Shown: positions 52,453-63,367 of the stretch, in pieces | Numbering within the stretch: the first letter of the stretch is position 1 | Layout: the number at the start of each line of letters is the position of its first letter | From: Bilabrum cf. latius | Taxonomy: Eukaryota | Assembly (NCBI GenBank): GCA_965178125.1 | Contig: OZ237751.1 | Coordinates: 310,001-374,000, forward strand | Length of the DNA: 64,000 bases | Direction of reading: 5' to 3' | Made by a program: the position numbers and the translations under genes | Notes under the pieces: generated by a model | Database searches by the model: none | The model's input: the letters and a program-made list of their open reading frames with translations, nothing else | Told to the model about the DNA's origin: nothing

Positions 52453-55400
52453 ATGGCATCCGTGGGTGCAGTTTTGGACGAATGCTAGCGATCTAGTACA
52501 GGAAGACGGGGTAGAACAGCCAAGTCTCTCGCCAAGTTGCTGGAAGCCAAGCCAGAGCAGGTTCAAGAGGACCTCCTCGCAACAGTGCGGCGCTGTTTGG
52601 TGGTCTCCAAGCGGGAGCCTGCTGTGGAACGCGTTATCAGTGGTATTGTTGCCTTTGCCGTGTAGAAGGGCCAGCAGCCGTTCCTGGATGCCCTTTTCGA
52701 GGTGAGTGTGCAGGCCCGCGAAGCGCACCAAACAGCTCGAGTCACGCTGAGCAAAAATGAGGCGTAGCTGAAATAAAATAAAACTCGGATTTGAAATTAA
52801 TATACATTCGCAGCACCTAATACAGTACTCGACGGCCAAAGACAAGGGCGTCCGCTTGAAGTGCTGCTCGATGCTCAGGCAAGCTCTCGCTGGCATGGCG
52901 GACGACGCAGAGATGAGCGACGACACCTGGTAGCAGCTGCTTGACGCTCTTATGGCACGATCTAAGGACAAGAATCCCGCGGTGCGGGCAGAAGCAGCTG
53001 CTGCTCTTGACCGCCTTCAAACAGGGGAGGACGACTGCCCCGCCATGGCGCGGCTGCTCGAAATGATGCAAGCGGACACATCTGCGTGAGCGCTCTCGCA
53101 TCAATAGCAACGAATTCGAATCCCCAAGCCGGTCTACCTCTCTCTCTCCGCATCATATTTTATTCTCTCTCCGCAGGGACGCCCGCAAGGCCGCCACGGG
53201 TACCATCCAGGTCACCCACGGCACGCTCGAGCCATTGCTCCGCAGGGCAAGAGACGAGAGCGAAGCCGTCCGCGCAGTGGCCGTGGGCGTGCTCGGCTCC
53301 AAGGCCGCCCCCTCTGCGATCGACCAGACGGACCGCACCAGGATGCTACTCGACACCCTCGCGGACCCAGCCCCCTCGGTGCGGTCCGCTGGCAGGGCGC
53401 TGGCACTCCGGTGGCTGGCGGCGTGCGACCACAGCCTGGCCAAACTCGCGGCCCTGGCGGGGGACGTCACGGACCCGGAGTCGGAAAGGGCGGCCAGCTT
53501 CGCGGTGGCCGCATGCATGGAGGCGGCGGCCAGGGGGTCTCCACCAGCCGAGGCCAAGGCAGCCAGGGTGAGTTCCGCAGGCGCGGCGCCGATCCGGTCC
53601 ATCTGGAAGCAGGCTAAGGCGGCCATCAAGGCGTACCGCCCTCCCGCCGTGGGACCCTCGAGCGGCGCAGGCGGAGACGATGGCGGAGACGCATCCCCGC
53701 TGGTGGTGCAGCCGACCGACGCGATCGTGTGGAGGGTGCGCTGCGACTGGCTGGCGGGCCGGGGAGGGCGTGCGCGGGACGATCTGGAGTCGTGCCTGCC
53801 CACTTTGACCACCCTCGCGCTGGCCATCAAGCAGACCGTGGACGCGGGGGCGGAGATGGCGACCGCGACCGCGGTCGGCGCCACGGAGGAGGATGAGCAG
53901 GGGGATGATGGCCTCGGCGACTTTGCCCAGGAGATGCCGAGGGAGTGCTCGTTCGTGCTGCGGCAGCTACTAGCACTGTGCGCGCACGCCGACTGGGGCG
54001 ATGAGGCTGGCCGCAGCAGGGTGGAGCAGGTGCTCGTCGACTCTGTGCTCGCCCGCCCGGGGGTACCGGACGGTGCTCTCTTCGGCGTGACGGGGGCGCT
54101 GCTGCTGTCGATGGGCAGCGACCACGAGAAGCACGCGAGTCGGGTGCTGCAGGTGGCCGAAGAGCTGCACGACGCGGCCCGCGCCGAGCTGAGGATGGCT
54201 GGAGGGGCCGCGGGGGCGCCCGAGGACGTTTCCGAGAACTGCGCGCTGGCCGTCCTGCGCGCTCTCAGGATCGTCTCCGCCCTGCTAGGGGGCACCCAGG
54301 CCGGAATCGACTCCATCTCGAGCGCACTCGGCAAGGCCATGCAGGAGATCGTGTGCCCCGCCGTGGCGAGTCCGTACCCCGCTGTGCGCGGTGCGGCGGT
54401 GCGATGCCTCGCCGCGGATGCGGTGCTGCGTCTCGGCGCGTGCTCCTGGCCGGCGGGGGGTCTGCCAGCCGATTCGAGCGCGGGCGCCGCGTGGGCGGAC
54501 CAGGACCAGGCTGCGGCATCCTCTTGCTCGTCAGGACCCGACGGCTCCCTCACCCAGGCACAGCAGGCCGCGCTGGAGGCTGCCGCCACTGCCCTCGAGG
54601 TATCCTGCCGGGGCATCGCGAGGGAGGAGGACGAGTGCCGGCTGGAGGCCGCGAGGGGCGCCCTCGACATCGTGTGCGCGCTCCCGCTGTAGCTGCCGCT
54701 GGCCAGCGGACCTCGAGCTGGCGCGGGCGTTCGGGCGGCTCAAGGGCTCGGGAGCAGGTGCGCCACCGCGGGCCGGAGGGCAGTGACGGCGCTGATCCGC
54801 GTGGTGCTGGAGCACGTCAGCCGGCCGGCGCATCTAAGGGCGCAGCGTGCCGGGGAGGACGGGGCGTGGAGGGTGCGCCTGCGCGCCAGCATCGCAGAGG
54901 GTCTGTCTCGGGCTGTGCTGTCGGGCAGGCTGTCTGCATCGCTTGACGACTAGGCTGCTGGGGCTGGGGAGCAGCAGGAAAAGAAGCAGGACCAGACGAT
55001 GGGTCTGGACGCTAGGGCGGTGCGCGCACTCCTGCGGCTCTACTGCCAAGACGACTCGATCGGGGCAGAGGCAGCGGCCGACGCGTGCTCCGAGCAGGCC
55101 GCCACTGCCTTCGACACGATCGAGGACCCAGACGAGGCCGCTGAGGTGGCTACCGAAGGCGCCAGAGACGCTGAGCTGTGTCTCGCGGCCGATGCTAGGA
55201 TGAGGCAGGTGGTCGGGTCCTCTTTGCCCACCATCGCGGAGATGGGGCCGAGATGCAGGGCCGTGGTGGCCAAAGGCGCATCGGAGGCTCTCCGCTGGAT
55301 CATGGACGCGAGCCGCAGGGATGCCGCGTGCCTGCTGGCGGCTGAGGAGCTCGGCGGTGCTGACCCAGGGCAGCTGTCCAAGTCGAGGACCACAAAGGTG

Positions 55401-56741
55401 GAGGTGGCCGCGCGGTCGGCGGACCCCGGCGACAGGGAGGTGGCGCTCGCCGAGACCGCCATGAGCCTCGTGGCCTTCCTCGCCAGCGCGGGAGACAAGG
55501 GCGAGGAGAAGGGCAACGGCAAGGGCGCTGTCGAGCCGCCCCAGCTGCCTGCTGGAGCATCCGGCTCGGCGGACACGGCGCTCCCGCTCCCCAGCATCGG
55601 CACATACGGTACTACCGCGGGCACGCCGGCAGAGCAGGTAGCTGCCTCGCTGCTGGTAGAGGCCCTGGCAGACCCGAAGGGACCCTTCGCCGTGCCCATC
55701 GCGAGGAGCCTGGCGAAGCTGCATGCTAGCACGCCCTCCGATGCCGCCGTGGTGGTCGGTCCGCTCGCGCTGCTGGCCAATGAGGCCCTCGAGTCCTGCG
55801 AGAGAGCCGCCGCTGCCTCGCTGACCAAGTTCAGGAATGGCGCTCTGGCCGTCGCATCGGCTGCTGCCGGGGGAGCTGGCGGTGAAGACGCTGAGAAATC
55901 CAAGAAAGCCAAGGGTAAGGGCAGGGGGCGCGGTCGGAAAGCAGCTGCCTCTGCATCGGATGCCGCCTCTGCTTGCGAGGAGCTGGAGGCGGACGAGGAT
56001 GTGTGCGAGGCAACCGAGCTGCTGCGCGGGCGCGTGGCTGCTCGTACCGAGGAGATCCGTGGGGTGGGCAAAGTGGCAGCGGGGCTGGTGCTGGGAACCA
56101 TCGACGAGGCCGAGGTGATGGGCACAGACATGGGCGACGTGCATGAGGTAGAGGAGGAGGAGGAGGATGAGTCTGCAGGGCAGGCCTCGGTCTTCGGAGA
56201 CTCGGCTGGATCTGCGGCAGCTGCTACCGATGGGGCCGGCCTTGACGAGAGCCAGTGGGAGATCGAAGGCGTGGAGGAGGACGACGAAGAATAGGCTTCC
56301 GAAGGACATGGGGAGAGCGGCGGCCGCAGGTCGATGATGTCTTTGTCACCGGACGGTCTGGAGGGCCTCGCGGATGAAGCGGCGAGGAGCAGGCGCAGCC
56401 GGGGAAGCGGCAGTCGGGGGAGCAGCCGCCGGGGCACCATCCGAGGCTCTGCTGCGGGATCCGACCTCAGGAGTGCCATGGAGGCGGCAGTGGAGGACGT
56501 CCGGTCTGAGGTAGCCGGCGACGAGGACACCGAGGATGAAGTCGAGGAGGAGGAGGAGGAGGAGGAGGAGGAGGACGCCAAGGCTGGCCGGGGACGGGGT
56601 CGGCGGGGTGCATCGAGGACAAAGTCAAGTCGCGGCCGCGCTGCTCTCGAGAGCGTGGATGCAGAGGAAAACACGCGAGGCGGAAGGAGGACCAGGCGGA
56701 GGCGCGGCGTGGTCGCGGCTGCCGACGAGGATGAGGAGTGA
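52453..56741 (+). CDS. NCAPG: Condensin I subunit CAP-G (HEAT repeats), ~1,360 aa, join(52453..52701,52814..53085,53177..56741)
   Basis: KREPAVERVI, AKDKGVRLKCC, RSKDKNPAVR...ALDRLQ...CP, RRARDESEAVR and AEGLSRAVLSG motifs. Two frame-preserving GT-AG introns (52702-52813, 53086-53176). TAG at 52486, 52663, 52931, 54690, 54951 and 56292. Ends at TGA. Confidence 0.88.
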
Positions 56742-56842
56742 GGCACTGGCGATGCTACCTCAAGCACTCCCCTAATTTGTATCAGCCGCATGGCTGCAAT
56801 GCTTGCTGTAGTCCACATCCTATCTCGTTTTCACAAGAAGCA

Positions 56843-58567
56843 TTAGTTTCCCCTCAACCTCTGAATATGCTGCACAACACCCCCGTTCTGTTGCGATACT
56901 TCAGCTTGCGCCAGCCGGCCCACAGGTTGCGTGCTCTGGTCGAGCTGGAGATCCACCGTCACATCGCCCTGCGGGGATCGCTGCAAGGCAATCTTGACAA
57001 CCGCGCCCGCACTTCCCATGGGCGCGTCCAGAACTTCTTCCAGCGCGTGCTGGATGAAGAGGTCGCTCCGGTTGCTGAACTGCAGTGTGTAGTGCACGTG
57101 GGCCGCGCCGCGCAGCAGCAGGGTAGAATTCCGCAGTGTGTCGGTCAGGTCAAGGACAATCGTGTTGTTGGCAGCAGTAATGTCTCCAGCTTTCACTGTC
57201 CTTCTGATCTTGAGCCTCGTGGTGCTTGGAGTCACCAGCATGCCCTGGTACTCTGGCTGCACGATGTTGTCGGCAACTACCGTGTCGATGACCTTGCCTG
57301 CATCCACGAAAAACCTGCCACTCTCCGAGTCGCCGCTCTCCCACGGGTACACGAACGGAAAATCATCGTACACATGCCCGAACGCGACGTTGCCCGTCAC
57401 CTGCAGGCCGGTCAGCTCGGTGTTGGGCCCGTGCGGCACGAGCACCACCCCACCCATGCCCGGGCTAGCCACACCCCTTCCGAGCAGAAACAGAGAACCC
57501 GTCACCAGGTCATACGCCGGTTGATCGATCACGATGGGACACCCGTCCATGTAGCAGTTCTGGATGCGCACCCCCTTGACCTGGACACCCCCAGGGACGA
57601 TTGTGCCATTTCCCCAGTTGGGCCCGTCAGTGGGCACAGGCCCCGCGCAGCCCGAAGACACCCAAATGCCTCCGAGGGGGTACTCCGAGGGGGTCTCAGT
57701 GTACACGTGCAGGTTACGAATCACAGTGGCAGATCCATTCACCGTGACACCGTGCCGGGTGCAGAAGACGACCACGTCGTCGATCGAGTGGTCGTTGCCG
57801 TCAAACCAGATGGCCGCACCCGTCTTGGCCTCTTCATCGTGACACAGGGACCTGTCGCTGAACTCCTTAAACCAGGATTGCGTGATGAATACTTCGTTGT
57901 TCTGCCCCCTAGTCCATAGGCCCCTCTATCGGTACCCTGTGAAGAGCACCTGGAAGACACGGATTTCTTCAACCGCGATTAGGAGCAGGCAGCCCGCCGC
58001 CGCGTGGGCTCCGTCTATTTCCATGTCCTAGAAGGTCAGATAACGGTACCGGATGTCATGTGCCGAATCAATCGGAAGGCCGTCCACTTGTACGACGAAC
58101 GAGTCCGCTGGAAACGTTGATGGATCCGCGTGGATTGCCCCGTTGGTCAGCACTACGTTGCCGCCACCCCCCTTTGGAAAATGCAAGGGCTGGCCGACTA
58201 GGTAATGCGCGCCACAAAAGTCAAATACAAGCCCACCGAGGTCCGGCTCTGAGAAACCCTGCGGGATCGTGCTATTATCCAGTGTCCGGTTGGCAAGCTC
58301 GGCTCGAGCCCAAGAAAGCTCCAACACCCTCTGAATTTGAGAACCAACATCGGTACGCCCCGTAGTGTCCGAAACAAAATCACACACGTACACGGTTCCA
58401 TTATAATTAGCATCGGAAAAGTCTCTGGATAGAGCTGCAGCAGCCGAGTTGCTCTTTCGCCTCTCCTATTGCCTGGCTACCCAGCTCGGTACATTTGGAG
58501 GAAGCCACTGCGAATGAACGACCGAAAATGTCACTGCTAGAACAGCAATTGGTGTCAGCCCAAACAT
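56843..58567 (-). CDS. Secreted right-handed beta-helix protein, QUARTET3 (QRT3) polygalacturonase-like / pectate_lyase_3 family, ~574 aa
   Basis: Signal peptide MFGLTPIAVLAVTFSVVHS. DLGGLVFDFCGAHYLVGQPLHFPKGGGGN, GAAIWFDGNDHSIDDVVVF and RIQNCYMD match my recollection of QRT3 (DLGGARIDL..YLISRPLRFP..G.GN; GTAINLMGNDNAVTDTVIF; RIVNSYLD). TAG at 58466, 58028 and 57926. Ends at TAA. Confidence 0.8.
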
Positions 58568-58614
58568 GCTTTGAACTGACCTTGTACGACGAAACTTATT
58601 CGGTCGCGTCGCCG

Positions 58615-58763
58615 AAATACAGAAATACAGAAATACATTGTTCAACAAGTTGGGTAAAGATTCCATAAACACCCAGATGCACCGTCGCCCCCGAGGGGGT
58701 TTGGGTGATCACCTAGATCCAGAGGAGCCCTAAAAACAAAGGACTACAAGACCCCCGACCCTT
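58615..58763 (-). mobile_element. Dispersed ~145-bp element, copy B, with a (TGTATTTC)n tail
   Basis: Reverse-complement match to 3329-3466 with scattered substitutions and a 9-bp insertion (ttgttgaac) before the tail. Confidence 0.6.
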
Positions 58764-59476
58764 CCAAAAGGTCTGGTTTAGGAAAAGCGATCGGATCACG
58801 GCAAAATCGAACCTTATCGGCGATCCAGAAGATGATACACTGAGGATACTTGCAGCCTCCTTCAGCCTGTATCTCGATGTATTGCCGTGTATCACCGGTA
58901 TATTATGATACTTAACAGTGAAATTTGTACTCTAGGCAAATGTATTGTTGTGTATCGTGATGTTAATATGTGCAAAATGGATTCTCATCCTCAGCTTGTA
59001 GTGCAAGCTAAAAGCGTCTTGGTCCTTGCTGACCAGTGTACGTTCTACCTACTCTGGAATTACCCTGGCCGTTCGTAATAATTTAGGCGCGAATAGTTGC
59101 GCGTTAATTGCAGAAATAGTCGTTGGTAGAGACTTAGGGGTCCTATACCTAAACAGTACCAAGTCTTTGAAAGTGGCACATCTAAAGGCCCTAGATTGGC
59201 CATACCCTGAATCAACGGTTGGGGTAAACTTTAAGAGGCCCTGAGATAGTATGTTGGTGCGTTCCACCACTTTGGAGTGGTATTTAAGCTGTACGGAGCG
59301 CAAAACATGATGCAGCTCAATGGCATAGTGTTGCTGAACCGGCTGAATATCAGAGGCAAACACCAACTAGAGTGTGCTTAAGTCTCCCTATCCGTATAAA
59401 GGATCCAATCAATGGCCTGTGGCTCATTCTACCTTAATACCAAATATTCTGAATGCATATCAGCTTCTGGGGTGTG

Positions 59477-62400
59477 CTAGCGGGCCGGTGACTGTGCCGT
59501 TGTTGGTGAGGGGCGCGTTGGGGTGCAGGTGTGGCTGTGCTGGTCGTGTGTCTGCAGGGGGCCTTGGCTAGGCTGGTGACTGTGCCGTTGTCGGTGAGGG
59601 GCGCGTTGGGGTGCAGGTGTGGCTGTGCTGGTCGTGTGTCTGCAGGGGGCCTTGGCTAGGCCGGTGACTGTGCCGCTGTTGGTGAGGGGCGCGTTGGGGT
59701 GCAGGTGTGGCTGTGCTGGTCGTGTGTCTGCAGGGGGCCTTGGCTAGGCCGGTGACTGTGCCGTTGTCGGTGAGGGGCGCGTTGGGGTGCAGGTGTGGCT
59801 GTGCTGGTCGTGTGTCTGCAGGGGGCCTTGGCTAGGCCGGTGACTGTGCCGTTGTCGGTGAGGGGCGCGTTGGGGTGCAGGTGTGGCTGTGCTGGTCGTG
59901 TGTCTGCAGGGGGCCTTGGCTAGGCCGGTGACTGTGCCGTTGTTGGTGAGGGGCGCGTTGGGGTGCAGGTGTGGCTGTGCTGGTCGTGTGTCTGCAGGGG
60001 GCCTTGGCTAGGCCGGTGACTGTGCCATTGTTGGTGAGGGGCGCGTTGGGGTGCAGGTGTGGCTGTGCTGGTCGTGCGGCTGCAGGGGGCCTTGGCTAGG
60101 CCGGTGACTGTGCCGTTGTTGGTGAGGGGCGCGTTGGGGTGCAGGTGTGGCTGTGCTGGTCGTGTGTCTGCAGGGGGCCTTGGCTAGGCCGGTGACTGTG
60201 CCGTTGTCGGTGAGGGGCGCGTTGGGGTGCAGGTGTGGCTGTGCTGGTCGTGTGTCTGCAGGGGGCCTTGGCTAGGCCGGTGACTGTGCCGTTGTTGGTG
60301 AGGGGCGCGTTGGGGTGCAGGTGTGGCTGTGCTGGTCGTGTGTCTGCAGGGGGCCTTGGCTAGGTCGGTTACTGTGCCGTTGTTGGTGAGGGGCGCGTTG
60401 GGGTGCAGGTGTGGCTGTGCTGGTCGTGTGTCTGCAGGGGGCCTTGGCTAGGCCGGTGACTGTGCCGTTGTTGGTGAGGGGCGCGTTGGGGTGCAGGTGT
60501 GGCTGTGCTGGTCGTGTGTCTGCAGGGGGCCTTGGCTAGGCCGGTGACTGTGCCATTGTTGGTGAGGGGCGCGTTGGGGTGCAGGTGTGGCTGTGCTGGT
60601 CGTGCGGCTGCAGGGGGCCTTGGCTAGGCCGGTGACTGTGCCGTTGTTGGTGAGGGGCGCGTTGGGGTGCAGGTGTGGCTGTGCTGGTCGTGCGGCTGCA
60701 GGGGGCCTTGGCTAGGCCGGTGACTGTGCCGTTGTTGGTGAGGGGCGCGTTGGGGTGCAGGTGTGGCTGTGCTGGTCGTGTGTCTGCAGGGGGCCTTGGC
60801 TAGGCCGGTGACTGTGCTGGTCGTGTGTCTGCAGGGGGCCTTGGCTAGGCCGGTGACTGTGCCGTTGTTGGTGAGGGGCGCGTTGGGGTGCAGGTGTGGC
60901 TGTGCTGGTCGTGCGGCTGCAGGGGGCCTTGGCTAGGCCGGTGACTGTGCCATTGTTGGTGAGGGGCGCGTTGGGGTGCAGGTGTGGCTGTGCTGGTCGT
61001 GTGTCTGCAGGGGGCCTTGGCTAGGCCGGTGACTGTGCCGTTGTTGGTGAGGGGCGCGTTGGGGTGCAGGTGTGGCTGTGCTGGTCGTGTGTCTGCAGGG
61101 GGCCTTGGCTAGGCCGGTGACTGTGCCGTTGTCGGTGAGGGGCGCGTTGGGGTGCAGGTGTGGCTGTGCTGGTCGTGTGTCTGCAGGGGGCCTTGGCTAG
61201 GCCGGTGACTGTGCCGTTGTTGTTGAGGGGCGCGTTGGGGTGCAGGTGTGGCTGTGCTGGTCGTGCGTCTGCAGGGGGCCTTGGCTAGGCCGGTGACTGT
61301 GCCGTTGTTGGTGAGGGGCGCGTTGGGGTGCAGGTGTGGCTGTGCTGGTCGTGTGTCTGCAGGGGGCCTTGGCTAGGCCGGTGACTGTGCCGTTGTCGGT
61401 GAGGGGCGCGTTGGGGTGCAGGTGTGGCTGTGCTGGTCGTGTGTCTGCAGGGGGCCTTGGCTAGGCCGGTGACTGTGCCGATGTCGGTGAGGGGCGCGTT
61501 GGGGTGCAGGTGTGGCTGTGCTGGTCGTGTGTCTGCAGGGGGCCTTGGCTAGGCCGGTGACTGTGCCGTTGTTGGTGAGGGGCGCGTTGGGGTGCAGGTG
61601 TGGCTGTGCTGGGCGTGCGGCTGCAGGGGGCCTTGGCTAGGCCGGTGACTGTGCCGTTGTTGGTGAGGGGCGCGTTGGGGTGCAGGTGTGGCTGTGCTGG
61701 TCGTGTGTCTGCAGGGGGCCTTGGCTAGGCCGGTGACTGTGCCGTTGTCGGTGAGGGGCGCGTTTGGGTGCAGGTGTGGCTGTGCTGGTCGTGCGGCTGC
61801 AGGGGGCCTTGGCTAGGCCGGTGACTGTGCCATTGTTGGTGAGGGGCGCGTTGGGGTGCAGGTGTGGCTGTGCTGGTCGTGTGTCTGCAGGGGGCCTTGG
61901 CTACGCCGGTGACTGTGCCGTTGTCGGTGAGGGGCGCGTTGGGGTGCAGGTGTGGCTGTGCTGGTCGTGCGGCTGCAGGGGGCCTTGGCTAGGCCGGTGA
62001 CTGTGCCGTTGTTGGTGAGGGGCGCGTTGGGGTGCAGGTGTGGCTGTGCTGGTAGTTGCTGGTCGTGCGGCTGCAGGGGGCCTTGGCTAGGCCGGTGACT
62101 GTGCCATTGTTGGTGAGGGGCGCGTTGGGGTGCAGGTGTGGCTGTGCTGGTCGTGCGGCTGCAGGGGGCCTTGGCTAGGCCGGTGACTGTGCCGTTGTTG
62201 TTGAGGGGCGCGTTGGGGTGCAGGTGTGGCTGTGCTGGTCGTGCGGCTGCAGGGGGCCTTGGCTAGGCCGGTGACTGTGCCGTTGTTGGTGAGGGGCGCG
62301 TTGGGGTGCAGGTGTGGCTGTGCTGGTCGTGTGTCTGCAGGGGGCCTTGGCTAGGCCGGTGACTGTGCCGTTGTCGATGAGGGGCGCGTTGGGGTGCAGG

Positions 62401-63030
62401 TGTGGCTGTGCTGGTCGTGTGTCTGCAGGGGGCCTTGGCTAGGCCGGTGACTGTGCCGTTGTTGGTGAGGGGCGCGTTGGGGTGCAGGTGTGGCTGTGCT
62501 GGTCGTGCGGCTGCAGGGGGCCTTGGCTAGGCCGGTGACTGTGCCATTGTTGGTGAGGGGCGCGTTGGGGTGCAGGTGTGGCTGTGCTGGTCGTGCGGCT
62601 GCAGGGGGCCTTGGCTACGCCGGTGACTGTGCCGTTGTCGGTGAGGGGCGCGTTGGGGTGCAGGTGTGGCTGTGCTGGTCGTGCGGCTGCAGGGGGCCTT
62701 GGCTAGGCCGGTGACTGTGCCGTTGTTGGTGAGGGGCGCGTTGGGGTGCAGGTGTGGCTGTGCTGGTCGTGTGTCTGCAGGGGGCCTTGGCTAGGCCGGT
62801 GACTGTGCCGTTGTCGATGAGGGGCGCGTTGGGGTGCAGGTGTGGCTGTGCTGGTCGTGTGTCTGCAGGGGGCCTTGGCTAGGCCGGTGACTGTGCCGTT
62901 GTTGGTGAGGGGCGCGTTGGGGTGCAGGTGTGGCTGTGCTGGTCGTGCGGCTGCAGGGGGCCTTGGCTAGGCCGGTGACTGTGCCGTTGTTGGTGAGGGG
63001 CGCGTTGGGGTGCAGGTGTGGCTGTACTAG
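59477..63030. repeat. 88-bp tandem satellite, about 40 copies, G/T-rich on the plus strand
   Basis: Unit ctaggccggtgactgtgccgttgttggtgaggggcgcgttggggtgcaggtgtggctgtgctggtcgtgtgtctgcagggggccttgg. Few recurrent variants, one internally deleted unit (~60810) and one small insertion (~62050). Confidence 0.97.
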
Positions 63031-63367
63031 GCTTGTGGGTGATGGGTTAGTATTTTTCGTATTTTGGTTGTTTTGGCGTTTGTAAGTATTCATAATCTCG
63101 ACGATAGTTGGTTCGACTTCATCGACTTCGACACTACCGGGAAGCTACTGCTGATACTCAGTTGGGGATCATGTTTGTTTGACCAACTGATTTATTGTGT
63201 CGCTCTATACTTAGCCTACTAGAATGCCACCTTTCTTATAACCTTATCCGATTAGCTTCAAAACATCCCGGATCTTATTCAGTATTCAAGCATGGTATCA
63301 CGGACAGTTGCCTTTGAAAGGTTAAATCTCTAGACCTCAAGGCATAAGTCCAACTCAGGACCCTACT

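Noticed and set aside
3614-58567. Cluster of pseudogenes with premature stops
   Set aside because: Interruptions are exclusively TAG, with no frameshifts, TAA or TGA over more than 40 kb of coding frame, and catalytic motifs are intact.
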